Positions 7,788 to 19,802 of a DNA stretch of 64,000 bases are shown in pieces. The DNA lies in NCBI GenBank assembly GCA_964471795.1, contig CAYYHM010000002.1, forward strand, positions 13,743 to 77,742, given 5' to 3'. The position numbers and the translations under genes were made by a program. The stretch's first letter is position 1. Each line of letters starts with the position of its first letter. The notes beneath the pieces were generated by a model, which worked only from the letters and a program-made list of their open reading frames with translations, ran no database searches and had not been told where the DNA came from. This stretch comes from an uncultured Chitinophagales bacterium. Its GTDB lineage: Bacteria > Bacteroidota > Bacteroidia > Chitinophagales > S012-47.

Positions 7788-8522
7788 ATGCACCTCATGC
7801 GGCCGCTCATTCTATTATCGATGCTGCTGATGGCAGCAACCGGACAGGCACAGCCCAAGAACATCGAAATCGGGTTTACTTCTGCCTTCAATCTGCTGCC
7901 ATCGCTCAACTATGCCATTGACTATTACAACGACACCCGCCCCTGGCTCGACAATCAGTTGGGGCGTCAACCGCTCCTCAACGGCTACCATTTTGCCTTC
8001 GTAGCACATGATGCCAAGGGCAAGATGACCATGCGGCCACTTGTCTGGAATCGGAGGTGGCAGATGTCCACAGCACGAGGTACTACACCGGCCGGCGAAG
8101 AGTTTGTCCGCAAGGTACGCAGCCGTTTTACTACAGTACAGCTGTTGGACTACACCTATTATGTTCTTTGCGCTGGTTTTGGAAAGATTGGCGGTGGTGC
8201 ATCACCTGTAGACCTGTCTTTTGTAGGCGTAAAGACCCGGCTCAACGATGAGAAATGGACAGATAATGAACCGGAAATCAACAAGTCCGGGCTGATACCG
8301 GAGTTCTATGCCGGCACCACCCTGCACCTGGATGTATTACTCGGCTCCAATACAGACGGAATGGCCATAGTGGGGCAGCTGTATTATTATTTGAACTACA
8401 TCGGTGAAGAAGACATCACCTGGGTGAATGAGGCTATCAACCCTTATACTGCCAGTAACTTCCCGATGCGCCAAACTGAACGCCTGCATCATGCCGGCAT
8501 CAAAATCATCCTCTCGCTATGA
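7788..8522 (+). CDS. Hypothetical secreted protein (possible outer-membrane beta-barrel)
   Basis: Signal peptide ...LLMAATGQAQ and alternating hydrophobic patterns. No family recognised. Stop overlaps the next start (ATGA). Confidence 0.55.
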   Translation: MHLMRPLILLSMLLMAATGQAQPKNIEIGFTSAFNLLPSLNYAIDYYNDTRPWLDNQLGRQPLLNGYHFAFVAHDAKGKMTMRPLVWNRRWQMSTARGTTPAGEEFVRKVRSRFTTVQLLDYTYYVLCAGFGKIGGGASPVDLSFVGVKTRLNDEKWTDNEPEINKSGLIPEFYAGTTLHLDVLLGSNTDGMAIVGQLYYYLNYIGEEDITWVNEAINPYTASNFPMRQTERLHHAGIKIILSL

Positions 8523-9343
8523 AAAAGTGTGTATTCATCGTCCTATTGCTGCTGTCCGGTTCGTATGCCTACAACCAAACCGCACTTTTCTCCGCAGGCC
8601 CTACCTGGACTACCACCCGCTTTACACCGGGATTGCTCAACGATATGCTGGCCTCCTACAACGCCTATGCGAATGGCTTTTCACAGGAACTACAGCCCTT
8701 TAGTAGCACCATGACAGGCCCTTCCTATGCTCTGTACATGGGTTTTATCTCTGATGGTATGTTTATCGGGTTGCAGATGCAACGCACAATGATGTATCAA
8801 ACCCGTGTGGGACTATCGCCGAGTGGCTTTGGCCGGGAGTTTAGGCTGCGGTTCAACGACTTCTTCAACCATGTAGACTTCGGCGGGTCGGTGAAAAAGA
8901 AGGTAGATATAGGCGGTTCTTTTGGCGCCGGCATCCGGCAAGTAGAAGTTCGTAGCATGCAGATCTATCCTGATGGCACGCGTTCGGTGGGCAACGAATA
9001 TTACTTCAATGGCGTGTATCGCAATCAGGAGCTGTATTGGACGTATGGCGGCTTCATCAATATCAGGCCGCTACGATTCATCACCCTGCAAGGACGGATA
9101 TTCAGGAATGCTCTTGGCCTGGGATCGTGGTCTGGTGAGGAGACCTATCTGGCAGCACTGGAAGATGGCAACTCGTTCGAAAAGAACCGCTACTCTGCTT
9201 ACCTGCCCTACGACTATGCCTTGCACGTGCAGAATGTCAGTAATGCAATCATTGACGAAACCAACGTGATTCCTGCACAATTCCCCGGATGGAACCTGCA
9301 ACTCTCCGTATTCCTCAACCTGTCATTCGGCGACAAAGACTGA
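8519..9343 (+). CDS. Hypothetical secreted protein (possible outer-membrane beta-barrel)
   Basis: Signal peptide MKKCVFIVLLLLSGSYAYNQ, Gly/aromatic-rich, C-terminal alternating LQLSVFLNLSF. No family recognised. Confidence 0.55.
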   Translation: MKKCVFIVLLLLSGSYAYNQTALFSAGPTWTTTRFTPGLLNDMLASYNAYANGFSQELQPFSSTMTGPSYALYMGFISDGMFIGLQMQRTMMYQTRVGLSPSGFGREFRLRFNDFFNHVDFGGSVKKKVDIGGSFGAGIRQVEVRSMQIYPDGTRSVGNEYYFNGVYRNQELYWTYGGFINIRPLRFITLQGRIFRNALGLGSWSGEETYLAALEDGNSFEKNRYSAYLPYDYALHVQNVSNAIIDETNVIPAQFPGWNLQLSVFLNLSFGDKD

Positions 9344-9346
9344 CCC

Positions 9347-9856
9347 ATGAAACCATACAGCATACTATTTGCAGCACTGCTGCTGACCTCCTGCACGCAG
9401 GTGAATCTGTTGAATGAGGACCTGTTCTTCAATCGCGTTTCCAAAGGCTTCGGCATCTGGCAGGTGACAGCTATCGAGGACCTGTACTATGGTGCCGATG
9501 GCATACTTGATTCCAGTAGCACCGACTTACCCAATGATGTATACTACCAATTCTACCTGCGCAGCGAGGTATTATCTATCACAACTATAGAAAACGAGTA
9601 TATGGCAGTATACTTTGGTACTCCCGATGCATTTACCCGATTTGAGTATTTCATAGATCAGTCGTACAACGACCGTCTTACACTGTACAACTATCATACC
9701 TATACCATTCTGGATGAAAAAAAGAACAGTTTTACCCTGCAGCGGATAGTTCCTGATTACAATACTTCAGACTATTATATTCGCCTCATTCGTCTGGAAC
9801 GTTGTGAAAGTTGTACCCCCTGGTTCAACACATCTATCATTCAACAAGGTGGATAG
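9347..9856 (+). CDS. Hypothetical lipoprotein
   Basis: Lipobox LLLTSC-TQ. Starts 3 nt after the preceding stop. No family recognised. Confidence 0.55.
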   Translation: MKPYSILFAALLLTSCTQVNLLNEDLFFNRVSKGFGIWQVTAIEDLYYGADGILDSSSTDLPNDVYYQFYLRSEVLSITTIENEYMAVYFGTPDAFTRFEYFIDQSYNDRLTLYNYHTYTILDEKKNSFTLQRIVPDYNTSDYYIRLIRLERCESCTPWFNTSIIQQGG

Positions 9857-9912
9857 CGGAATCATACAGAAAGGGAGGGAAGGCGTATCTTAGCGCTTCA
9901 AATCTTACCCGC

Positions 9913-10659
9913 ATGAAACTATTAGCCGGAAAGAACGCCCTGGTAACCGGTGCCTCACGTGGCATTGGTGAAGCCATTGCCCGCAAGTTTGCCGAGGCCG
10001 GCGCCAATGTGGCCTTTACCTACCGTTCCTCTGCCGAAAAGGCCGCAGCATTGGTGAGCGAACTGGAAGCCTATGGCGTACAAGCCAAGGCGTATCAGAG
10101 CGACGCAGCCAGCTACAGCGCAGCGGAGACGCTACTCGCAGACATAGAAAAAGACTTTGGTACGCTGGATGTAGTCGTAAACAACGCCGGCATCACAAAG
10201 GACAACCTTATCATGCGCATGAGTGAAGAGCAATGGGATGAGGTGATAGATACTAACTTGAAGTCCGTATTCAACATCACCAAACAGGTGATCCGACCCA
10301 TGATGAAGAACAGGGGCGGCTCCATCATCAACATTACCAGCATCGTTGGTGTGCGTGGCAATGCCGGTCAGAGCAACTATGCTGCTTCCAAGGCCGGCAT
10401 CATCGGCTTCACCAAATCCATCGCCCAGGAAGTAGGATCCCGTAATATCCGTTGCAACGCTATTGCGCCCGGTTTCATCGAAACCGAGATGACGCAGGCC
10501 CTTGACGAGGAGACACAGAAGAACTACTACAACAACATCCCCATGAAACGCTTCGGCAAAGCCGAAGAAGTAGCCAATGTGGCGCTCTTCCTGGCATCTG
10601 ACCTGTCTACTTACATGTCGGGGCAGACCTTGAGTGTGTGTGGTGCCTTATTGACCTGA
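9913..10659 (+). CDS. fabG: 3-oxoacyl-[acyl-carrier-protein] reductase
   Basis: LVTGASRGIG, NNAGIT, YAASKAG and GQTLSVCG are typical FabG features. The internal ATG at 9913 is used; the track ORF from 9811 overlaps the upstream gene. Confidence 0.9.
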   Translation: MKLLAGKNALVTGASRGIGEAIARKFAEAGANVAFTYRSSAEKAAALVSELEAYGVQAKAYQSDAASYSAAETLLADIEKDFGTLDVVVNNAGITKDNLIMRMSEEQWDEVIDTNLKSVFNITKQVIRPMMKNRGGSIINITSIVGVRGNAGQSNYAASKAGIIGFTKSIAQEVGSRNIRCNAIAPGFIETEMTQALDEETQKNYYNNIPMKRFGKAEEVANVALFLASDLSTYMSGQTLSVCGALLT

Positions 10660-10664
10660 TGATA

Positions 10665-10696
10665 CATACTATTTGCCGGCATTTCCGGTTAGTATG
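10665..10696 (+). other. Hairpin between fabG and the VWA gene (no T-run)
   Basis: CATACTA (10665-10671) pairs with TAGTATG (10690-10696), with an inner CCGG/CCGG pairing. It is not followed by a U-tract, so its function is unclear. Confidence 0.3.
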
Positions 10697-10713
10697 ACAA
10701 GCTGATTTCCCCC

Positions 10714-12822
10714 ATGGAGCAATTGACGTGGTCTTATCCAACCTGGTTCATCGTGTTCTGCCTGCTGGCAGGTGCGGTGTACGCAGGTGCCCTGTACGTT
10801 CGTGACACCACCTTCCGGGAATCCGGAACCCGAACCCAAACATGGCTCAAAGGCCTTGCACTATTACGCTTCCTGTCCATCAGCCTGATTGCCTTTCTAC
10901 TATTATCGCCCTTCTTCCGTATCCGCAGCACTGAGTCGGAAGCGCCCATCATCGTACTGATAGACGACCGCTCCGTAAGCGTGGGCGAGTGGCTGTCCAA
11001 TACCGACAGCAGCACCTACGAGCAGCAACTGGTAAGCCTCAAAAACGCATTGCAGGATCAATACCGGGTGGATCATTACCACTTCGGCGAAGGCTTGTTT
11101 GATCCGGGCTCGGAAGCATTCAGCGCCCGGCAGACGGATTTGTCGATGGTGATGAAGAGTCTGTATGAAAAGTACGTCAATCAAAACCTTGGGGCTGTCA
11201 TCTTAGCCACCGACGGCATGTACAACAAGGGCAGCAACCCGCTGTATAGCATCGATAAGGTGGATGCACCTGTATTTCCGCTGGCTTTGGGTGACACTAC
11301 CCAACAGCGGGACATCCGAATCAGACAGGTACAACACAACAGCATCGGTTATCTGGGGGACAAACTGGAACTGCGCCTCACCGGTGAGGCCTACCGGGCA
11401 CAGGGCAAAAGCACCACCCTCACCGTTACCGCCATAGACCTAGCCGGCAACCGTACGGTGCGCCATCAGGAGACTTTTAGCATCAATGAACCCTCGCAAC
11501 TGCTTAGCACGAACGTGTTGTTCGAGTTGACAACGCAGGGTGTACAACAGATCGAGATCAGCTTCTCCGGTATTGACGCTGAACAAACCCTCACCAATAA
11601 CGCTACCCGCATTTTTATTGATGTGTTGGATAGCCGGCAGCAGATATTATTGCTGGCTCATGCCCCTCATCCGGATCTTACCGCCCTCAAGGCAGCGCTG
11701 GAGGCCAACCGAAACAATGAGGTAACCATACGATTTACTGCGGATCCATTGCCGAACCTGAAAGAAATGGATCTCGTGATTGTGCATCAGCTGCCGGTAG
11801 TCCCAACCGATGCCGCATTCCTATCGCAGATTGATGCGGCCGGCGTACCACAGTGGAAGATCCTGGGCGATCAAACCAACCTGACCCTGTTCAACCGATC
11901 ACAGAACCTGATAGCAATCAATAGTAGTAACGGCACCACCAACGAAGTGCAGGGCAGCGTAGCCGGTGACTTCAGCCTGTTCAAATTACCTGAAGGCCTA
12001 TCGCAACAAATCGGCAAACTACCACCATTATTTGTACCCTTTGGCACCTATGCTGCCGCCACCGACGCGCATCCGCTGCTGTGGCAACGGATAGGATCCG
12101 TAGTTACCTCTTACCCATTGCTGGTATTCCGACAACGTGACCAACAGCGTGAAGCCATACTCGCCGGAACGGGCATCTGGCGGTGGCGACTTGTCAACTA
12201 CCTGCAGCAAGGAAACCACAATCTGGTGGATGAGTTGATACAAAAGACAGTGCAATACCTGGCCATAAAAAGCGATAAGCGAAAGTTCCGTGTTACACAA
12301 CAGAAGAAGATCTTCGACGAAAACGAGTCTGTATTGCTGGAAGCTGAGTTGTACAACGACCTGTATGAACTGGTAAACGACCCAGATGTATCACTAAGCA
12401 TCACCAACGAGGCCGGTGAACAGTTCCCATACCAATTTAGCCGCACTGCGCGCAGCTACAGTGTAAATGCCGGTGCCTTTCCTACAGGCAATTATTCCTA
12501 CACCGCTTCTACAACATATAATGGCCAACCCTATCAGGCAGCAGGGCAATTTAGTATACGACCTATCGATATAGAGTTGCAACGCACGGCTGCCGATCAT
12601 TCCCTGTTGTACCAAATGGCTGAACAAACCGGTGGGGAGGTATTCTATCCTGCCGAGTGGGAGTCCCTTGCTCAAGCCATTAGCGAGCGGGAGGACGTGA
12701 AGCCGTTGCTTCGTGACAAGTACAGCACCGAAGCCATCATCAACCTGAAGTGGTTGTTCTTCGTGGTGCTGTTCCTGTTGGCGGTAGAATGGTTTGTACG
12801 GAAGTACAATGGCGCCTATTGA
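10714..12822 (+). CDS. VWA-like membrane protein with BatA-like N-terminal double-TM domain and C-terminal TM anchor
   Basis: Two N-terminal TM helices, a DxSxS-type MIDAS-like motif in LIDDRSVSV, VILATDG, and a C-terminal helix WLFFVVLFLLAVEWF. Confidence 0.6.
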   Translation: MEQLTWSYPTWFIVFCLLAGAVYAGALYVRDTTFRESGTRTQTWLKGLALLRFLSISLIAFLLLSPFFRIRSTESEAPIIVLIDDRSVSVGEWLSNTDSSTYEQQLVSLKNALQDQYRVDHYHFGEGLFDPGSEAFSARQTDLSMVMKSLYEKYVNQNLGAVILATDGMYNKGSNPLYSIDKVDAPVFPLALGDTTQQRDIRIRQVQHNSIGYLGDKLELRLTGEAYRAQGKSTTLTVTAIDLAGNRTVRHQETFSINEPSQLLSTNVLFELTTQGVQQIEISFSGIDAEQTLTNNATRIFIDVLDSRQQILLLAHAPHPDLTALKAALEANRNNEVTIRFTADPLPNLKEMDLVIVHQLPVVPTDAAFLSQIDAAGVPQWKILGDQTNLTLFNRSQNLIAINSSNGTTNEVQGSVAGDFSLFKLPEGLSQQIGKLPPLFVPFGTYAAATDAHPLLWQRIGSVVTSYPLLVFRQRDQQREAILAGTGIWRWRLVNYLQQGNHNLVDELIQKTVQYLAIKSDKRKFRVTQQKKIFDENESVLLEAELYNDLYELVNDPDVSLSITNEAGEQFPYQFSRTARSYSVNAGAFPTGNYSYTASTTYNGQPYQAAGQFSIRPIDIELQRTAADHSLLYQMAEQTGGEVFYPAEWESLAQAISEREDVKPLLRDKYSTEAIINLKWLFFVVLFLLAVEWFVRKYNGAY

Positions 12823-12892
12823 TGGTGCGCATCATCCACTTACACCGGCCACTTATTCCCACATACCATTTCCTACAAGCAATCGGATCTAC

Positions 12893-15757
12893 CTACTGCA
12901 GATTGCGGGCTATCTTCTTGTACAAGTCACGTGGATTGAATGGCTTGGTGACGAAGTCATTCATACCGGCACCCTTTACTTCCCGCTGTACCTCCATGAG
13001 TGCAGAGGCAGTAAGTGCAATTATCGGCACTTTCGCCTTCTTTGGATCAGGTAATTGCCGGATAGCTCTGGCACAGTCATAGCCATCCATTACCGGCATC
13101 TGCAGGTCCATCAGCACCAGATCGATCGGGTTGTCCTGCAGCAGATCCAGTGCTTCCAGCCCATGATGGGCAATGGTTACCTGCGCATTCCATTTTTGCA
13201 GGAATTTGGAGGCGATTTTCTGATTGACGAGGTTATCCTCTACCAGCAGGATATGCTGGCCGGACAGGTCTTCAGAAAGTCCACTTTCTGCGACGCCGGT
13301 GCTCGCTGTAGTTATGATCCTGCCTTTTTTGGCCTTCATGGTGAAGGAAAATTCTGAACCTGCACCCTCAGTGCTTGCCACGGCAAGCTCACCGCCGAAC
13401 AGGGTCACCAGACGACGCGTAATGGTCAGACCCAGCCCTGTTCCGTCATATTTGCGGGTACGAAATTCTCCCAGCTGCGTAAAACTCTCAAAAATCACAT
13501 GCAACTTATCCGCCGGAATACCGATTCCTGTATCGGTGATACTGAAGTGGAGCCGGTAGTCATCTCCCTGCTGCTCTTGTACTGCCACCCTGATGGCCAC
13601 AACACCATCCTCGGTGAATTTGACAGCATTGCCTACCAGGTTATTCAATACCTGGGACAACCGATCAGGGTCGGAGAGCAATAGGGCGGGAACATCCTCG
13701 GCCACCTCCAGCAGCAACTGCGTGTTCCGCTCTTCGGCCCGTAAGGTGTGCGATTGGCGAATGCCTTGCAGTAGTTTGGCCAGGTCGAAATCGATCTCTT
13801 CCAGCTTCACCTTGCCGGCTTCTATCTTGGAGAAGTCCAGGATGTCGTTGATCAACGCCAGCAGGTTGTTGGAGGCAAAGTCCAGCGTGTCGATATGGTC
13901 TGCCTGATCGGGTCGGGGCTCCTCCGACTTCAGCAGGTTGATGCTCCCGATAATAGCGTTGAGTGGTGTCCTGATCTCATGGCTCATGGTAGCCAGGAAG
14001 TTCTGCTTGGCAATCGATGCCTGCTCTGCCTTCTCCTTGGCCTGGCGAAGGTGCTCCTCCGACTCCTTGATCTTGGTAATATCTACCATTACACCGCGAT
14101 AGCCGGCCAACTTCCCATCCTGTTCAATCACACTGACATAGATCAGGGCGGGAAACATCTTACCATCAGCACCAATCACCTGGTACTCAAAGTCCTTGTT
14201 GTCGATGGGCTCTCCGGCAATTACCCGCAGCAGCGTATTCTGTGCACGCTCCTTCTCCTCCTGCGGAAACAAATCAAGCACATTGATCTCTCCACGCTCC
14301 AGCCGCCCCGCATCGATACCCAAACGCTGAATAGCCATCTTGTTGGTGAGGGTTACCACCCCTCTCTCGTCTGCCTCACACACCATCTCGGGCAACAGTT
14401 CCACCATTTCCCGGAATCTACGCTCACTGGATACCAACTTTGCCGCTGACCTTCTACGCTGCAGTGAGTTGGAGATGATGTGGGAAATGGTTTTGAGCAA
14501 TTCAATCTCGGATAGCTCCCAGTTTCTCACGAACAGGCATTCATCAAAACCGATGAATCCCATCAACTTGTTGTCGGTGAGCAATGGATATACCAGCAAT
14601 GAAATAATACCCTGCGGCTCCAGCATGGCATAGATATCTTCTTCCAACTCCTTGATATCTGTACTGAATATGATGCCATCCTGATCCAGCCTCTTTAGCC
14701 AGCTAGGAATGGCCTCATACGGCACGTCTTGCAGTTCATCCCGCTGTGGCACCACACCTTCGTTACACCACTCATAGGTGTTGCTGCAGGTTGTATTGGA
14801 GGCATCATTCTCGAATATATACACCCGGCTTACCCCCATGTGCATACCCACCATTTGCAGCACCTGATTGGTTACCGATTCAAAATCGTCGCGCTGGCTG
14901 TACAGGTACGCAATCTCACTCAACAGTTTGTATTGCGCCAGGTTTTTGGTGAGTCGCTCGTGCAGTCGCTTGGTTTCTGTGATATCGCGTGAACTGCCTA
15001 CTGTTCCAATGATTTGGTCTTCTTCGTTGATGATGGGGGTTTTGAAAGTCTCAAACCACAACTCCTGCCCGTTGTCATCTACTACCATCTCCTCTGCCAC
15101 CATCCGTTCCCTTCCGGTCACCACGGCCCGGTCAAAAGCGAGATACTCCTCCGCCTTTTCCTGCCCTGCAAAATCGAAATCGGTCTTTCCCAGTATCTCT
15201 TCCATACGAAGACCAAAATGATCGGCAAATACCTGGTTGGCTGCACGGAAAATACCTTGCTCATCTTTGAGCCATGCTTGATAGGGTATGTTATCCAGCA
15301 GCGCCTTTTGCTGATTTCTGGTTATAGCCAGCTCTTGCTTGATTCTTTCATCCTGCGTGATATCGTTGCCGATGATGAGGAGTGCTTTGTCCTCATTCCA
15401 AGTCATCTTTACAATCTTGAAGGCCACTATGATTTCCTGACCATCACGGCTCATCACCTTGCTCTTTTCCAATGAGCTGGCTCCCGACAACAGGCGGTGC
15501 ACTTTCTGGTCGATGCCATCCAGTTGCTCCATGAAAAAACGATTGATCGGCTTGTTGATGACTTCCTCAAAGGTGTAACCTGAGATCTGTAGCGCCTTGT
15601 CGTTAACCTTGATCACCCGGCCCTTGCTGTCCAACAGCACAATGATGCTATCCAGCGCATGCAAGAGTGCTGTCAGGTTTTTCCCTGCCAGTCCCTGCTC
15701 GTTTTCTGAAAAGGCGATTCTTGGGTTGTAGTCTGCTGATTGGTCTGGTGCACTCAT
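12893..15757 (-). CDS. Cytoplasmic hybrid sensor histidine kinase/response regulator (multiple PAS, GAF, HisKA, HATPase_c, REC)
   Basis: H-box MSHEIRTPLN; N/G boxes NLVGNAVKFT, DTGIGI, GTGLGL; receiver ILLVEDN...DLVLMDLQMPVMDG...ALTA. No TM segments seen. Confidence 0.9.
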   Translation of the reverse strand: MSAPDQSADYNPRIAFSENEQGLAGKNLTALLHALDSIIVLLDSKGRVIKVNDKALQISGYTFEEVINKPINRFFMEQLDGIDQKVHRLLSGASSLEKSKVMSRDGQEIIVAFKIVKMTWNEDKALLIIGNDITQDERIKQELAITRNQQKALLDNIPYQAWLKDEQGIFRAANQVFADHFGLRMEEILGKTDFDFAGQEKAEEYLAFDRAVVTGRERMVAEEMVVDDNGQELWFETFKTPIINEEDQIIGTVGSSRDITETKRLHERLTKNLAQYKLLSEIAYLYSQRDDFESVTNQVLQMVGMHMGVSRVYIFENDASNTTCSNTYEWCNEGVVPQRDELQDVPYEAIPSWLKRLDQDGIIFSTDIKELEEDIYAMLEPQGIISLLVYPLLTDNKLMGFIGFDECLFVRNWELSEIELLKTISHIISNSLQRRRSAAKLVSSERRFREMVELLPEMVCEADERGVVTLTNKMAIQRLGIDAGRLERGEINVLDLFPQEEKERAQNTLLRVIAGEPIDNKDFEYQVIGADGKMFPALIYVSVIEQDGKLAGYRGVMVDITKIKESEEHLRQAKEKAEQASIAKQNFLATMSHEIRTPLNAIIGSINLLKSEEPRPDQADHIDTLDFASNNLLALINDILDFSKIEAGKVKLEEIDFDLAKLLQGIRQSHTLRAEERNTQLLLEVAEDVPALLLSDPDRLSQVLNNLVGNAVKFTEDGVVAIRVAVQEQQGDDYRLHFSITDTGIGIPADKLHVIFESFTQLGEFRTRKYDGTGLGLTITRRLVTLFGGELAVASTEGAGSEFSFTMKAKKGRIITTASTGVAESGLSEDLSGQHILLVEDNLVNQKIASKFLQKWNAQVTIAHHGLEALDLLQDNPIDLVLMDLQMPVMDGYDCARAIRQLPDPKKAKVPIIALTASALMEVQREVKGAGMNDFVTKPFNPRDLYKKIARNLQ

Positions 15758-15769
15758 GGTTTCTGGAAC

Positions 15770-16243
15770 TTAGCTCAATTGTTTCTGCATGATGGTATTA
15801 CATGGCTGGAAACCTGCCTTCTCATACAGCCTTTTGGCTGTCAGGTTATCAGCAAATACGTTTAGTCGGAGCGAATGTACGCCCAAGACACGCAGTTTTT
15901 CTTCAACCAGACCGATCACTTCTCTGGCGATACCCATGCCTCTGGCTTCCTGATTGATGAAAATATCGTACAGAAAGGCTGTCTTTCGTCTCATGTTGGC
16001 CAGATACCATACGTAGCCAATTCGTTCGCCGGTAACTACCTGTTCAATATGGAAGAAGTAGTGTCCCTCGGAGTAGTATCCGTCAGGTAACGCGCCTTCT
16101 GATTCATTGGAAGCCATAGCCATGGCGTCGGTAGATGGAACCCTGAGGTTACGCGCCAACGCCTCTGCGTATTGCTCTACTGAAAACTGACGAAAGTGAG
16201 TGAACTCCTGCGGAGTCATGGCAACCAGGTCTATCATGGGCAT
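15770..16243 (-). CDS. GNAT-family N-acetyltransferase
   Basis: Acetyl-CoA motif QEARGMGIAREVI and C-terminal AKRLYEKAGF. Start choice (16243, 16237 or 16303) is uncertain. Confidence 0.8.
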   Translation of the reverse strand: MPMIDLVAMTPQEFTHFRQFSVEQYAEALARNLRVPSTDAMAMASNESEGALPDGYYSEGHYFFHIEQVVTGERIGYVWYLANMRRKTAFLYDIFINQEARGMGIAREVIGLVEEKLRVLGVHSLRLNVFADNLTAKRLYEKAGFQPCNTIMQKQLS

Positions 16244-16289
16244 TGATAATCCTGCTAAAATATAGCATAATTGGCAGGAGTCGCAAAGA

Positions 16290-16598
16290 TCAGGGTTGCA
16301 CAATCACAAATAGATCCTCATCGGGCCGCTTCATGTAGTACTTTTCACGGGCAAACTTTTCTAATGTCGACTCATCAGTAAAGAGTTCTTCCAGTTCTGT
16401 CCTGATCAGTGCCGTTTCTTCCTGATAGTATTCCTTTTGCCTGCGGCCTTCCTGAACCTCAACGGCCAGCTCCCAGCGATTGAGGATATTATAGGGATCG
16501 AAGAAAGTCATCCACCCCAGAAATGCATAGATTACCAGTGCGTACCTTGATTTGAACGACGCCGGGATCTTGCTGTACAGCTGAAGGAACTTCGACAT
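16290..16598 (-). CDS. Septum formation initiator family protein (FtsB/DivIC-like)
   Basis: Single TM (YALVIYAFLGWMTFF), a coiled-coil region, and C-terminal EKFAREKYYMKRPDEDLFVIV typical of the family. The internal ATG at 16598 is used. Confidence 0.75.
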   Translation of the reverse strand: MSKFLQLYSKIPASFKSRYALVIYAFLGWMTFFDPYNILNRWELAVEVQEGRRQKEYYQEETALIRTELEELFTDESTLEKFAREKYYMKRPDEDLFVIVQP

Positions 16599-16620
16599 GA
16601 TGAGACAACGAATTTGCCTG

Positions 16621-16663
16621 AAAAAAAATATACCGTCTAAATTGGTACATCTAGACGGTATAT
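16621..16663 (-). terminator. Rho-independent terminator after eno
   Basis: On the minus strand an 11-bp stem ATATACCGTCT / AGACGGTATAT (16653-16663 / 16628-16638) with a 14-nt loop is followed by a 7-8 nt T-run (plus-strand A-run 16621-16627). Confidence 0.8.
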
Positions 16664-16721
16664 CCCACATATCATATACACAACTACAGGTCCTTCATGG
16701 AGCAGCTGTGCAGTATTGTGT

Positions 16722-19152
<2,431 letters not shown>

Positions 19153-19184
19153 ATTTACGGCAACAAGGGGTTTACTGTAGACAT

Positions 19185-19215
19185 AAAAAAAGGGATAGTG
19201 TCCACACCATCCCTT
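19185..19215 (-). terminator. Rho-independent terminator after rplQ
   Basis: Minus strand AAGGGAT-ggtgtggacact-ATCCCTT followed by TTTTTT (plus-strand A-run 19185-19190). Confidence 0.65.
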
Positions 19216-19235
19216 GTATATCGTTACTGCATGCT

Positions 19236-19772
19236 TTATTCCTGCTCTTCAGCCGCTGCTGAGGTTGTGTCCTCTACCTGGTCGGCTGATGGCTGTTCTT
19301 CTGTAGCCTTCGCTGCGGCAGGTGCAGGCTTTTCAGCCACCTCTACCGGTGCAGCACCACCCCTGCGGGTTCTGCGCTTGCGAGACTTCTTCTCTGCAGA
19401 CTGTGTGTACAACTCGTTGTAGTCCACCAATTCAATCATGGCCATTTCTGCGTTATCACCCAAACGTGTACCCATCTTGATGATGCGGGTATATCCACCG
19501 GGACGATCGGCAATCTTGTTGGACACGTTGTCGAACAATTCTTTCACAGCCTCCTTGTTGCCCAAATCAGCAAACGCCATACGTCTGTTGTGGGTAGTAT
19601 CTTCCTTGGCGCGGGTAAGAATAGGTTCAACGAATACGCGAAGCGCTTTCGCTTTGGCCACAGTGGTCTTGATTCGCTTGTGCACGATCAGGCTGGTAGC
19701 CATATTGGACAACAAGGCTTTACGATGACCTTTCTTCCGTCCTAGATGATTTACTTTTTTACCGTGTCGCAT
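19236..19772 (-). CDS. rplQ: 50S ribosomal protein L17 (bL17) with a long low-complexity C-terminal tail
   Basis: [25 protein letters not shown]... is canonical. About 55 extra Ala/Glu/Pro-rich residues sit at the C-terminus. Confidence 0.95.
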   Translation of the reverse strand: MRHGKKVNHLGRKKGHRKALLSNMATSLIVHKRIKTTVAKAKALRVFVEPILTRAKEDTTHNRRMAFADLGNKEAVKELFDNVSNKIADRPGGYTRIIKMGTRLGDNAEMAMIELVDYNELYTQSAEKKSRKRRTRRGGAAPVEVAEKPAPAAAKATEEQPSADQVEDTTSAAAEEQE

Positions 19773-19802
19773 CGCTGTTTAGCTTACTTCTTTTTGTATA
19801 AA

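Noticed and set aside
9811-9912. N-terminal extensions of track ORFs (fabG 9811, hisJ-like 39581, rsmI 46181, pepD 46190, eno 18074, ftsB-like 16670, MFP 56793)
   Set aside because: In each case an internal ATG reproduces the canonical family N-terminus. The extension overlaps an upstream gene, a terminator or non-coding sequence.
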